Notes: generated from the letters alone by a model not told the origin. A stretch of DNA of 64,000 bases from an uncultured virus (IMG/VR IMGVR_UViG_3300029955_000023) (IMGVR_UViG_3300029955_000023), one strand, 5' to 3'. Shown: positions 18,620 through 28,215, numbered from the stretch's first letter. Made by a program: numbers and translations.

Positions 18620-20401
18620 ATTTCCGCCAGGCAGTTGCGTCTGGCTCAGGGTTTTAGCGGCGTCCACGCCCGCCATCGCTTGCCCAGGAGCCGCCGCTTT
18701 CTGCATCTCGTCGTGCCGGATTTGATCGTGCTGCACGACTTCGCCGTCTGTGAAAAACAGATTCGGAGGGAAGTCGTTGAGGTCGCCGTAGTGGCGGAGC
18801 GCCTTGTCGAGATTGATGATGCGGATGGGATCGGGGACGCCGGCCGCCTTCGCCGCCGACGAGAGCGCGCCGGCCGTCTGGAAAACGTCTTTCATGCTGA
18901 CCGACTCGGCGCTGCGTTGCGCCAGCCGCATGATCGACGTGAAGCCGATCTTTAGAGGCACGCCATGCAAAGACGGCGGCGGCGGCTTGAGCATCTTGCG
19001 GCGAGACATGATGTTCATGACGCGCTGGAGCATCACTTCGAGCGCCTGTTCGGCGAGCGTGATGACCGGGCCGAGTTCCTGCAAGCGTTCGAGGTCTCGC
19101 TTCGACAGTTCAAGTTCGTTGCGCGGCTGCACGCCCTCCATCTTGGTGATAGCCATGAACAGGTCGACGTAAAGGCATTTCTCGACGCGAGCGTTGACTT
19201 GCGCGATGTCGGCGGTGATCGCGGGGAGCCATTGCGGATTAGGCTCGAACAGCGGGAAAAAGCCTTTCTTCCCTCCGTCGGTGTTGAAATAGGTGATGTT
19301 GCCTTCGATGATCGAGGCGGGCTCGGATTTCAGTTCGGGCGACGCGCCCATCGGCGGACGGACGCCTTTGCCGATATATTCGGCCTTGCGCATCGTCTCC
19401 AACTGCACCTGCTTGGAATCGCCAAGGCAGTCCTCGCAGGGGCCGTGGCCGTAGGGGTCGTTCGACACCTGAGACCACATCAGCGTGAAATTCGGCTGCA
19501 CGTTGAAGCCGCGCCGGCTTAGCGGCTTCTTCGATTTCGAGCCGCGCAGCCAGTAGACCTCGCGATAGGCGAAGTGGTCGGGGACAATACGGACGATGCG
19601 GTCTGGGTCTTTTGAGCGGCGATCCCGGATCGGCGTGTTCGGCTCGATGGCGTGCGCCACGACAAATTCGAGTTGCAGCGAGCCGCCACCCTCGCGCCAG
19701 GCGTTCGCGACTTCCTGCGGGCAATTGTCGATTCCGAAGAAATCGACGATCTGGATCACGTTGTAGGTGAACTCGCGATAGAGCGTGTTGTTGGTGAGGG
19801 AGCCGCCGACGTCGAGGTAATATTCGCCCGCGCAGGGCAGATAGAAGCTGACGACGCGATCAAAGTCCTCGTAGCAGATAATCGGCGCGGTTCCGAAAAC
19901 GATCTCGTCTTTGAACGCCTGCGCCATGATCGTGTAGAAATTCGACTGCGCCAGCACCGTGTAAATGCGGTCCTGCGTGTCCTTGAGCCACGACGTCGCG
20001 TCAGCGTCGAGATTGAGCCACGGCAAAGCGTTCGCCAGCTTGAACCAAGGCCGGGAGGGCGACGTGAGGCCGGACCACATGCCGCCGGCCGCCGTGCGAA
20101 CCGCCATCAGCCCGGTCGAATCCTTGATGGCGTCGTTGACTGGAAGGTCTTTGTTCATCCGGTTGGCGGTGATGACCCATTTGTAGCGGCGCGGCAGAAA
20201 ATAGCGCGCGAGCACCTCCCAATAGGCCCACGCCGACCAACGCCAGGCGCGCAAGGATTGAAGGCGGCTTTCGGAATGATCGTAGGTCGCGCCCCAATCG
20301 GGATCGACGGCTTTCTGGTTTCGCGGAGTGACCGGCTGCATGGACAAGAGCGAGACGGACATATCCTCATATGCCGCGTAATTACCGGTCATGTCGTTCA
20401 T
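18581..20401 (-). CDS. Portal (head-to-tail connector) protein, Bbp21/T7 gp8-like
   Basis: GMWSGLTSPSRPWFKL, SNFY...FGTA, YGHGP...LGD.KQ.Q and ELGPV motifs. Confidence 0.92.
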   Translation of the reverse strand: MNDMTGNYAAYEDMSVSLLSMQPVTPRNQKAVDPDWGATYDHSESRLQSLRAWRWSAWAYWEVLARYFLPRRYKWVITANRMNKDLPVNDAIKDSTGLMAVRTAAGGMWSGLTSPSRPWFKLANALPWLNLDADATSWLKDTQDRIYTVLAQSNFYTIMAQAFKDEIVFGTAPIICYEDFDRVVSFYLPCAGEYYLDVGGSLTNNTLYREFTYNVIQIVDFFGIDNCPQEVANAWREGGGSLQLEFVVAHAIEPNTPIRDRRSKDPDRIVRIVPDHFAYREVYWLRGSKSKKPLSRRGFNVQPNFTLMWSQVSNDPYGHGPCEDCLGDSKQVQLETMRKAEYIGKGVRPPMGASPELKSEPASIIEGNITYFNTDGGKKGFFPLFEPNPQWLPAITADIAQVNARVEKCLYVDLFMAITKMEGVQPRNELELSKRDLERLQELGPVITLAEQALEVMLQRVMNIMSRRKMLKPPPPSLHGVPLKIGFTSIMRLAQRSAESVSMKDVFQTAGALSSAAKAAGVPDPIRIINLDKALRHYGDLNDFPPNLFFTDGEVVQHDQIRHDEMQKAAAPGQAMAGVDAAKTLSQTQLPGGNSALGAMLGGGGQ

Positions 20402-20404
20402 GGC

Positions 20405-20617
20405 TTACTGCCCGTCGCCGAGAAATGATTTCGCGGTCGCGGGCGCGGAGGCCCCGGCGCTCGACGATTTGAGCGTGCCGCCGAACCCCATGCCGCTCGC
20501 GCTAGCGGCGGCGGCGCGCGCGGCGGCGGCGGCGTCCTGCACGCCCGCGTTCGCCATCGTCGGCGGAGCCGGGGGCGGGGCGGGCGCGGGCGGGGCTTTC
20601 GGGTTGAAGATCGACAT
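20405..20617 (-). CDS. Small Pro/Ala-rich virion assembly protein
   Basis: MSIFNPKAPPAP...KSFLG; usual position upstream of the portal. Confidence 0.6.
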   Translation of the reverse strand: MSIFNPKAPPAPAPPPAPPTMANAGVQDAAAAARAAAASASGMGFGGTLKSSSAGASAPATAKSFLGDGQ

Positions 20618-20628
20618 GTCGGGCCTCG

Positions 20629-22089
20629 TCAGTAGGGACCAGTATATGCATCGTCCTTGGACTTGTCCAAAGCGGCGAAGGGATCATATTCCACAAGCAT
20701 TTGTCGTGGCCTGGACGCCCGTGCGGCGATAGTGATCGGCTCGGCGAACGTCAGGATGGCGGAATCGAAGTCGTCGGGCGAGTGTCCGATCTTGGCCTTC
20801 ACCAGTTCTTTCGGCTCGAGCAGCAGCCGGTCATTCTGAAAAGTGTACGTCGTCTGCGTCAGCGCGGCCATGAGCGATTGGTTTTCGCCGGGGAGCGCGC
20901 CGCCGCGCTTGATCCAGTCGACGAACTCGAACGCCATTTCCGACCGTTTGTTGAAGAATTTGGTCTTGTTCGCGGCTTGGCCGGAAAAGTGGACGCCGAT
21001 AGGCGAGCGGCCGAGCACGCGAAGCTGATCTTCCCAGCCGGAGCCAAAGCCGCCGGTGGCGTCGATAAAGGCGGCGTCCGCGCCCCATTGTAGCCATTCG
21101 CGATTGACCCAGGACGCGCCTTGCAGCGAGTCGATGCCGCGACGCTTCTGGAACGGAAACATCTGGATGCCTTGGCGGAAGGCCATCGAGCACGAGTCGT
21201 TGCCGAATCGGGCGACGTCGATCCCCATGATCTTTGGGACGCGGCCTATCTCGTGCTCACGGTAATATCGCCGCATGGCGGCCTCGACGTCCTCCTGGCC
21301 AATCAGACTGTCAATCGACGAGGAGGGGAATTCTCCGAAGATGTCGGACTTCACCCAATTGTTGTCACGACCCCACTGGCGGATTTGCTCGCGCGCGTAC
21401 TCAATGGGGATGCGCGGCGACCTCTTCGGGTCGTCAGGGTCTCCGGTGATCGTGATGACGTTCCATAGATGCGCCGCCGACGTGCATGCGCGATAGAGTG
21501 GCCCGGCGAGCTGCGTCGGGTTTCCGGCCTGCACGATATGGCATTCGAGCGTGCCGGCGAACGCGGCCTCGGCGGAAACCATCACGGCGTCGGTCATGCC
21601 GCCGGATTCGTCGATCAGGAACAGCACGTAATCGGCGTGGAAGCCGGCGAGCGCCTTGGCCTGTTCCTCGGTCGAGGCCGACTTCGGCCATGACTTCGCC
21701 GACATGAACCACGTCGCCGGAGCCTCGTTGGCGAAAATGCGGGTTTTCGTCCAAGTGAACCCCTGCTTGAGCAGGGGCGACTTTTCCTGCCATTTCGCCA
21801 TTTCTTTCCACAGGCCGTCGGCAAGGTTCTGGACGGTGATGGAAAGCGCGCCGATGTTCGAGTTTCGCCGCGTCAGCAGGTAATTCCAGCCTATCCACGC
21901 GAGGACTGTGGTTTTTCCTGGCCCCTTGCAGGCCCTCAAGGCTAGGCGCGGCGATTTTGGGAATAGAGCGAGCGCCTCGTCCTGCCACTTGTCAGGCGTG
22001 ACGCCGAACAATTCGCGGACCATCATCCGCGGCGCGGCGCGCCAACGCGCGAGATGGCCGGCGAACTCTTTGGCCTCGGATGGCGTCAT
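20629..22089 (-). CDS. terL: Terminase large subunit
   Basis: Walker A-like ACKGPGKT, Walker B FLIDE, GNP motif, nuclease GIDVARFGND and SPD..D. Confidence 0.92.
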   Translation of the reverse strand: MTPSEAKEFAGHLARWRAAPRMMVRELFGVTPDKWQDEALALFPKSPRLALRACKGPGKTTVLAWIGWNYLLTRRNSNIGALSITVQNLADGLWKEMAKWQEKSPLLKQGFTWTKTRIFANEAPATWFMSAKSWPKSASTEEQAKALAGFHADYVLFLIDESGGMTDAVMVSAEAAFAGTLECHIVQAGNPTQLAGPLYRACTSAAHLWNVITITGDPDDPKRSPRIPIEYAREQIRQWGRDNNWVKSDIFGEFPSSSIDSLIGQEDVEAAMRRYYREHEIGRVPKIMGIDVARFGNDSCSMAFRQGIQMFPFQKRRGIDSLQGASWVNREWLQWGADAAFIDATGGFGSGWEDQLRVLGRSPIGVHFSGQAANKTKFFNKRSEMAFEFVDWIKRGGALPGENQSLMAALTQTTYTFQNDRLLLEPKELVKAKIGHSPDDFDSAILTFAEPITIAARASRPRQMLVEYDPFAALDKSKDDAYTGPY

Positions 22090-22134
22090 AGCCGCGCAGT
22101 TAGCCGAATGGCTGGCGCGGCGTCAAATGGCCGA

Positions 22135-22332
22135 TCAGGGCGTTGGCGCGGCCGGGGCGGCGAGAACCGGTCTTTTGGAGCGATCGTCCCGCGCGGCGAG
22201 CCGGTCGATAACAGCGGCGATTTCCAGAGCCAGACCGCGCCTGATCTTGTCACCGCCCATGACGCGCAGGGTGTGCGCGGCTTGCGCTGGCGTCATCAGT
22301 TCTTCCGGCAGCGTATATTGCTTTCGGTTCAC
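22135..22332 (-). CDS. Hypothetical protein
   Basis: 65-aa ORF with GGGGA RBS. Confidence 0.45.
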   Translation of the reverse strand: MNRKQYTLPEELMTPAQAAHTLRVMGGDKIRRGLALEIAAVIDRLAARDDRSKRPVLAAPAAPTP

Positions 22333-22392
22333 GGCTTTTCCCCTTCGACAAGATGGCGGCCGATGTCGCGGATCGCCGCGCGCGGCATGGCG

Positions 22393-23049
22393 TCACCCTT
22401 CCGCTCTGATCTCAAGCGGAGCGCCCTTCCGGCAAGAAAAGCCGCCAACAGGCTTGCGAACCAGAATGCGACCACGGCCAACCCCCTTGGATTCGAGCAC
22501 GCGGATCACCGACCGCACGGAAATCCCCAATTCCTTCGCCGTCGCCGACTTGCGCCAGCCGCGCTCATGCAATTCGATGATGCGATCGGCCTGCAACATC
22601 GCCGACGGGCGTCTGCCGCGATATTTGCCCTCCGCGCGGGCTTTGGCAATGCCGCATTTTTGCCTTTCCAGCATCATTTCGCGCTCGAACTGCGCGAAAG
22701 ACGCCAACATGGACAGCATCAGGCGTCCAGTCGCCGACCTCGTGTCCACGGTGTCGCCGCCGAGGTTGAGAACCCGCAAAGCAAAGCCCTTTTTGTTGAA
22801 GTTTTCCACAAGATGCAGCAAATCTAGGATCGAACGGGCCAGCCGATCCATTTTGGTGACGACGAGAGTGTCGCCGGGCTGCAATTCGGCGAGCGCGGCG
22901 GCAAATTCGGGTCGATCAGCGACTGACGAGACTTCCTCGTTGTAAATAATATCACAATGGGCGGCCGTCAGGTCTCGGATTTGTTCTTCTAGGCCGGCGT
23001 TTTGAGAATCTGTCGAAACGCGAGCGTACCCAACGAGTTTTCCGGTCAT
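22393..23049 (-). CDS. Small serine recombinase (resolvase/invertase family)
   Basis: GYARVST catalytic Ser, GDTLVVTKMDRLARS, FAQFERE..LERQ..GI..A...G.Y.GR, C-terminal HTH. Confidence 0.92.
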   Translation of the reverse strand: MTGKLVGYARVSTDSQNAGLEEQIRDLTAAHCDIIYNEEVSSVADRPEFAAALAELQPGDTLVVTKMDRLARSILDLLHLVENFNKKGFALRVLNLGGDTVDTRSATGRLMLSMLASFAQFEREMMLERQKCGIAKARAEGKYRGRRPSAMLQADRIIELHERGWRKSATAKELGISVRSVIRVLESKGVGRGRILVRKPVGGFSCRKGAPLEIRAEG

Positions 23050-23270
23050 TTCTGCGACTCCTTGCGCGCGGCGCGGACGTTCACGCCGTATTGGCGCAGC
23101 CGGGCGTAGAACACCGGCCTTGACAGCCCGATCTCGTAGCAAGCGCGGTCGACGCCGAAGTTGTAGAATTTGAGCGCAAACATGATGACGTCGCGCTCGA
23201 CGTCCTTAATAGGACGAGGCTTGCCGGCGGCGCTCAATAGGGAAACCGTGGGGTCGAGGGGCTCGCTCAT
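23046..23270 (-). CDS. Stand-alone Fis/NtrC-type HTH (HTH_8) protein
   Basis: RPIKDVERDVIMFALKFYN..VDRAC.EIGLSRPVFYARLRQYG. Confidence 0.75.
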   Translation of the reverse strand: MSEPLDPTVSLLSAAGKPRPIKDVERDVIMFALKFYNFGVDRACYEIGLSRPVFYARLRQYGVNVRAARKESQK

Positions 23271-23276
23271 ACCCCC

Positions 23277-23305
23277 GTTATCAAATCAAGACATGCAAAA
23301 GTCAA
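23277..23305 (-). promoter_or_regulatory. Sigma70-like promoter of the Fis-recombinase operon
   Basis: TTGACT-17 nt-GATAAC, 6 nt before the ATG (likely leaderless); AT-rich upstream. Confidence 0.55.
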
Positions 23306-23327
23306 CACAAAATATGCGATAATTTGT

Positions 23328-23513
23328 CTATTGGTGCGCCGTCGCCTCGTCCTGCCGGCCAAGCTCAATGATATCGGCCAATTGGGCGGGTGACGGTTCG
23401 GGCAGGCCACGCTCGCGGTGAAAACGCAGCGTCCATTCCGCAACGGACTCGCGCGCCAAGAAGCCGATGCGGCGTGCAAGGGCATGTGGGTCGCGGGCGG
23501 GAAAATCCGTCAC
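23328..23513 (-). CDS. Hypothetical protein
   Basis: GTG start overlapping the upstream TGA. Confidence 0.45.
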   Translation of the reverse strand: MTDFPARDPHALARRIGFLARESVAEWTLRFHRERGLPEPSPAQLADIIELGRQDEATAHQ

Positions 23514-23662
23514 CGCAGCAAACCCCATGCCACGGCAAAAATCAGCGCCCAAAACGGCGCTGAGAACAGTAACCCATTGATGATCGCGCGCGGGTTCAAA
23601 ACGGTCGCGACCGCGCGCACGAACACAGGCGGCTCGACGACGGGCAGCTCGACGTAATTCAT
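23510..23662 (-). CDS. Small membrane protein
   Basis: GGAGA RBS; C-terminal hydrophobic helix. Confidence 0.5.
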   Translation of the reverse strand: MNYVELPVVEPPVFVRAVATVLNPRAIINGLLFSAPFWALIFAVAWGLLR

Positions 23663-23678
23663 CGCGTGGTCTCCGTGG

Positions 23679-24035
23679 TCAGCCGCGAATTGCGCGGTCA
23701 AGGCGTCCGAACTCGTGCGCCATTGCGTTCAACCGCTGTTCGAGCATCATGATCCGCTCGCACATTTCCATGCCGAGACCGAGCGCAACCGCTTTCGGGC
23801 CACCAATCGCGCCCCCGTTGCCGGTCGGCTCGCCGCCGGCCACAAAATCGGCCAACGAGCGCAGTCCTTCGAGCCGCTCCTCGGCGCGCTTCACCAATTC
23901 AGCGAGCGCCAGCGCGTGATAGGACAGGCTGTTCTCGTCGACCGATGGGCGAACGTCGGCCGGCGGCATTTGCCGGTAATCGTCGCCGTTCAGCACAAAG
24001 CGTTTGTCGGCCGTTCCTGTCTGGTAAGCGTTCAT
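23679..24035 (-). CDS. Hypothetical coiled-coil protein
   Basis: GGAGA RBS; 118 aa. Confidence 0.6.
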   Translation of the reverse strand: MNAYQTGTADKRFVLNGDDYRQMPPADVRPSVDENSLSYHALALAELVKRAEERLEGLRSLADFVAGGEPTGNGGAIGGPKAVALGLGMEMCERIMMLEQRLNAMAHEFGRLDRAIRG

Positions 24036-24051
24036 TTTAGGGTCTCCGAAA

Positions 24052-24136
24052 TGGTTAGACGCTCGGGCCGGGGTCGAACCGACAACCTGCTCTACGGCGG
24101 TAAAGCAAGCTCATTCCCAATGCCGCGCATCCGCCA
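24052..24136 (-). ncRNA. tRNA-like (degenerate tRNA) structured RNA
   Basis: T-arm GTCGG-TTCGACC-CCGGC, acceptor-like pairing, 3' ACCA; D and anticodon arms non-canonical. Confidence 0.5.
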
Positions 24137-24629
24137 TACACATAATCCAGATAGCGGGCGTGGGCAAGTCAGCGCAGGGCGGCGTCGATCATGGTGCGCC
24201 AAATCTCATCGGGGTCAATGATAAATTCGCCGAACAAGATCGTTGCCATGCACCGTCACAGCCAGCAGCGCCTCAATCTCTCCACGCCGAGCCTGTTCCA
24301 ACGCATCTTCCAGCCATCGAACAATCTCAGGATCAGCCCCGGTCGCCGTCGGAACCTTCTGGCCGCGAAACCCAATTATCTTGCCACCCATGAAACCATC
24401 TCCAAAAAATCCCCCCAAAAAATTCTGGGAAAGATGTGGGGGGTGTGTATATCGCGGACGGGGCGATGCCCACCCCGAACCCCCAACTCGCCCATATGGA
24501 CGTGCCTCGGCCAAGGATCGAAGGGGCGGGGGACTGATCGGGTCGAGAGCCGACCGGCTGGCCTCGCGCGGGTGTGATCGGCGATCAACCCACTAGATGT
24601 TGAACCCGGCAATAGACCGAGGTCCAGTG

Positions 24630-25217
24630 TCACGTTTCGTCCGATTTATCCTGTTCGATCAGTTGACCCTCGATCACCTTCCCGTCGAGCGCCATCGACT
24701 GCTTGATTAGGTCGCCGAGGTTGAACGTCACGTTGTGCTCCGCCGTGAGCCGCTCCTTCCAGTCCTCGCCGCCGACGTTGAGCAGCCCGAGCTTGATCGC
24801 TGACATGCGCGTCGAGTCTCCACCGCGTCGCACGATGTCGATCAAGTGGCTCTCGTACATGAACTGACGAGCGCCTTTGCCGCGTGCGTGGGCCTCAGCG
24901 AATTCACGGTGAGAAGAAGACCATTTACTAATCGTCTCCCTTGTCACTCCGAGGACGGCTGCGATGGCTCCGACGGTGTGTCCGAGCGCGGAGAGTTCGA
25001 GGAACTTGTCGGCGAGTTCAGGCGTGTATTTCGGGGGAGCGCCGATGCGGCGGAGCGCGGTCGCTGGGAGGGTCGGGGTGTAGGGTTCGAAGTGGCTATT
25101 GAACGAGGCGCGTTTGGCGTCGAGTTCGGCGAGGGACTGGTTTGCAGCGGCTTGAGCGGGCGAGAGCTTTGGCGGGTTGTGAGCGACGCGCTTGGTTTTG
25201 CGAGAAGGGGCGGCCAT
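24630..25217 (-). CDS. terS: Terminase small subunit (HTH type)
   Basis: GAPPKYTPEL...IAAVLGVTRETISKW...EFAEA..RGK pattern; upstream of terL. Confidence 0.7.
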   Translation of the reverse strand: MAAPSRKTKRVAHNPPKLSPAQAAANQSLAELDAKRASFNSHFEPYTPTLPATALRRIGAPPKYTPELADKFLELSALGHTVGAIAAVLGVTRETISKWSSSHREFAEAHARGKGARQFMYESHLIDIVRRGGDSTRMSAIKLGLLNVGGEDWKERLTAEHNVTFNLGDLIKQSMALDGKVIEGQLIEQDKSDET

Positions 25218-25451
25218 TCGTGGTGTCCTGGGATGGGGCGGTTCGTCGGTTATATCGGATGGTGCTGTGAATGTAAGCCGCGCGCGAGGGTTTCCCTTTA
25301 CAAAAAGATGGGGTTTGCGGGAGTTTTCCATCAACCAGTAACGATCAGCGGGACTGCCCTTACAGGTTGGTCAGCTTCACTGACCTATTTTGAGGTGTTG
25401 ATGATATGTGGGTGATACATTGCTCGTGGCGCGTTAATGTGCCATCTATGA

Positions 25452-25685
25452 TTGATGGCGGGGCAACGATCCGCGCTTCGTGGCCGGAGGCGGCAGGCTG
25501 TGATGCGCCTGTATTGGCAGGGCCGGATTAGCGCGGTGCAGGCGGCGTCGGCCATTGGCGTGACATGGCGTCAAGTGGCGCGCCAGACTCCTGTGGAGTT
25601 CAATTGGAAGGTCGCCAATGACGCTTACGCCGAGAAGGTGATCGCGCGCCGACTGGCCAAGATAGATCGAGGATCGACGGAATGA
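25452..25685 (+). CDS. Small HTH-like protein
   Basis: ISAVQAASAIGVTWRQV. Confidence 0.5.
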   Translation: MMAGQRSALRGRRRQAVMRLYWQGRISAVQAASAIGVTWRQVARQTPVEFNWKVANDAYAEKVIARRLAKIDRGSTE

Positions 25686-26023
25686 CGATGCGGACATATT
25701 CGGACGAGGAGCATTTGAAGTCCGCCGTGGCTATCGCCATGTGCCGATCTGGGCAGCTTACCCAAGGTGAGGCGGCGCGGCTCGGCGGCGTCAGCCGACA
25801 GACCATAAGGCGGAAAATCAAGACGATTAATTGGGACGAGCAGCGCGCAATCCACGTTTCGCACGAGTTCGATAATCGCTTGAGCGTGATGTCTCGGTCG
25901 GGAGCGCGTTACCGACCATCTCCAACCGCCAAACAACGTCGCGGAATCCTAGACCGCATCCTGCGTGAGGCCAGCGCGACGACAAACCGCCCTACTGATG
26001 GAGTTGACGATGACCGAGATTGA
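25682..26023 (+). CDS. HTH DNA-binding protein
   Basis: LTQGEAARLGGVSRQTIRR. Confidence 0.6.
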   Translation: MTMRTYSDEEHLKSAVAIAMCRSGQLTQGEAARLGGVSRQTIRRKIKTINWDEQRAIHVSHEFDNRLSVMSRSGARYRPSPTAKQRRGILDRILREASATTNRPTDGVDDDRD

Positions 26024-26219
26024 AGCTCGCGAGAAATGGTGTCCGCAAACGCGCGCTATATACGCAGGGCAATCCTTTAATCGCTTGGGTGAAATGTCCG
26101 AGCATCATTTGACCGCCGACCTAAACCCAGCCCCGCGCCGCTGTATCGCGTCTGACTGCATGGCCTGGCGCTGGGGCGGGCGCGATAAAGGCCACTGCGG
26201 CCTCGCCGGCAAACCCTAA
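26010..26219 (+). CDS. Cys-rich small phage protein
   Basis: MTE.EA..KWCP...CIASDCMAWRW...GHCGLAGKP motif. Confidence 0.7.
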   Translation: MTEIEAREKWCPQTRAIYAGQSFNRLGEMSEHHLTADLNPAPRRCIASDCMAWRWGGRDKGHCGLAGKP

Positions 26220-26449
26220 TGATCAGCGGCGTGAGAAGACGCGACGACGACCTCGGTATTGTCGACGCCCTTAGAGCCTATTGCGCCAAGCACGGATATC
26301 CTAACGCCATCGTGGTCGGACTGGATGGAGAAGGCGACATCGCTGGCGTCGCTAGCGCAAGGTTTCCCGCGCGCGTCGCCGACGATCTCGGCGAACAGAT
26401 CAACGAGGCGCTCGCCCGCATCCATCGCGGCCAAGGCCTGCAATCCTGA
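26219..26449 (+). CDS. Hypothetical protein
   Basis: TAATG-coupled ORF. Confidence 0.55.
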   Translation: MISGVRRRDDDLGIVDALRAYCAKHGYPNAIVVGLDGEGDIAGVASARFPARVADDLGEQINEALARIHRGQGLQS

Positions 26450-26491
26450 TCACATTTTTGTCAATTCGACAACTTCCCGCCTAACACCCTC

Positions 26492-26532
26492 TTGACGCCC
26501 TGCTCGCAACCTGTCAGTCTCGCAACTGTCAG
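26492..26532 (+). promoter_or_regulatory. Putative promoter with tandem direct repeat
   Basis: TTGACG-17 nt-CAGTCT; CTCGCAAC(C)TGTCAG occurs at 26503 and 26519. Confidence 0.4.
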
Positions 26533-26664
26533 GCGATAACGGCGAAGAGGAAGCATCCATCTAACCCGCCGCAACCGCCTCGGCCCGTCCAGCACCCGCG
26601 CAATAGACCGCGCACGAACCTACGAAGGCCTCGCAGCCGCGATGGCCGAACAATGGAGCTTGAC

Positions 26665-27042
26665 ATGACCGAACCCCGCAATGACGAACGCAAATACCGC
26701 CCCGGAGACTTCGTGCTCGCCGGAGGCCACTACTACCGCTGGCCCGTCGATCCCTCCCACACGCCTTGGGGACGCTCACAGTCGCGCTCCGAGATCGCGC
26801 CCGGCATTATCCACCACGAAACGGGATCGCACGGCGGCATGTTCGTCAGCGACGAGCTGCTCGCCCAAATCCCCGCCCCGTAGCGCGCCTACGCCGCCAA
26901 GTGGTCAGGATCGGAAAGCTGGTTCGAGGAGGACGTCGCATGGAGCGCCGTCGCCTTGACCTTCCCGCAGTACTTCCCCGACGAAGCCGTCACCCTCGCC
27001 GCCCGCATCGCAGGCGCGTGGCTCCCCAAACTCAACGACTGA
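26665..27042 (+). pseudogene. DUF7007-like gene with an internal amber stop
   Basis: TPWG...GI...TGSHGG [TAG 26881-26883] ...WFEEDVAWSAV...FP..F continues in the same frame to TGA 27042. Confidence 0.7.
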
Positions 27043-27055
27043 AAGGACATCGCGC

Positions 27056-27217
27056 ATGGCCATCAAAATCAAGATCGACACCACGGTTAGCGGCAAGCGC
27101 ATCGCTCACTATTTCGGGACCGCGATGCGCTGGTTGGCGCTGCCCGTCGAAACCGCCGAGGCCGCTATCAAGGCCGGCTCGCTTTATGGCAAGCCCGTCG
27201 TCGTAGTCAAAGACTGA
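27056..27217 (+). CDS. Small hypothetical protein (53 aa)
   Basis: AAGGA RBS; MAIKIKIDTTVSGKRIAHYF... Confidence 0.55.
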   Translation: MAIKIKIDTTVSGKRIAHYFGTAMRWLALPVETAEAAIKAGSLYGKPVVVVKD

Positions 27218-27225
27218 TCGCAGAC

Positions 27226-27256
27226 CAAGCCCGCGACGCCACTACACGCGGGCTTG
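27226..27256 (+). other. Intergenic hairpin
   Basis: 10-bp IR CAAGCCCGCG/CGCGGGCTTG with no U-tract. Confidence 0.5.
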
Positions 27257-27293
27257 TGCGGCGACCAGAGCCGATAACCAAGGAGAACCGCGA

Positions 27294-27455
27294 ATGTCCA
27301 AACTCCCCTTCACCTTCGCCCAGGAACCGCCGCGCAAAACCACCCACGTCTTCGTCGCCGTGCTCGCCTTCGAGGTCGTCCAGCTCGTCTGGTGCGCGCT
27401 CGGAGCCTTCGGCGTCGTCGCCGCGCTCTACGCCATGCTGGAGGCGCTATCGTGA
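27294..27455 (+). CDS. Small membrane protein
   Basis: AAGGAG RBS; MSKLPFTFAQ... followed by a hydrophobic segment. Confidence 0.5.
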   Translation: MSKLPFTFAQEPPRKTTHVFVAVLAFEVVQLVWCALGAFGVVAALYAMLEALS

Positions 27456-27952
27456 GCGCCGCGCATACGCCGGGGCCGTGGCGTCAAGAGGTCAACACGA
27501 CTCTCGTTTGGGGCAAATGCAACCGCCATGACGATAGTAGCTACGGCATGGGCTATCCCGTCGCCGACGTTCAGCTTTGCCGAGGCTGGAAACGCCACGG
27601 CGAGGATAATGAGCCGACAACGGAAACCGCGCTCGCCAACGCCTGCCTGATCGCCTCCGCACCCGATCTGCTGGCGGCGTGTCGCGCCGCCTACGCATGG
27701 GGCTACGCCGAACATCACGGGCTCGGCTCATTCGCCCAACGCATCACGCTTTGCTCTCATTCCGAAAGCCTTGTGGCTATAGCCATAGCTAAAGCCGAAG
27801 GACGTCCTGTACCGGATTACAAAGGGTCAAAGCGGATGACCGTCTGGCCGAACGTCGATCTTGAGGAATCCTCGATAGCTGAGGGCGACGCGCTGGTTAA
27901 AGCCGCGTTCGAACACGAGGCCGTCGCCAAAGTCGAAGGGGAAGCGCCATGA
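27452..27952 (+). CDS. HTPGPW-family phage protein
   Basis: HTPGPW...ANACLIASAPDLLAAC...AIAKAEG. Confidence 0.7.
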   Translation: MSAAHTPGPWRQEVNTTLVWGKCNRHDDSSYGMGYPVADVQLCRGWKRHGEDNEPTTETALANACLIASAPDLLAACRAAYAWGYAEHHGLGSFAQRITLCSHSESLVAIAIAKAEGRPVPDYKGSKRMTVWPNVDLEESSIAEGDALVKAAFEHEAVAKVEGEAP

Positions 27953-28215
27953 CCCAGCCCGAAATCCTGCCCACCGAAGCCCTCGCCGCGCCTATGACGC
28001 GTCACGTCCTCCTCCACGCATGGAGGAAGTCAAAGGGGCTGACCCGCCGCGACCTCGCCGAACTCACGGGATTCAGCGAATCGGGTATTGTCAACTTCGA
28101 GCGCGGCGAGCGGCGCAACATGCCTCCTCGACAATCCGTCATCTCCGAGGCCTCGTGGCGGAAGCTCGGGCTGGCCTGCGCGGCGATCGAATATGGGATC
28201 GAGCCGTTGTTCTGA
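27949..28215 (+). CDS. XRE-family HTH regulator
   Basis: WRKSKGLTRRDLAELTGFSESGIVNFERGER. Confidence 0.8.
   Translation: MTQPEILPTEALAAPMTRHVLLHAWRKSKGLTRRDLAELTGFSESGIVNFERGERRNMPPRQSVISEASWRKLGLACAAIEYGIEPLF

Noticed and set aside
17250..18620. Plus-strand island as the invertible segment of the serine recombinase
   Set aside because: No flanking inverted recombination sites found by eye, and the right end overlaps the portal 3' end.
24052..24136. Amber suppressor tRNA explaining the TAG at 26881
   Set aside because: No CTA anticodon in a canonical loop.
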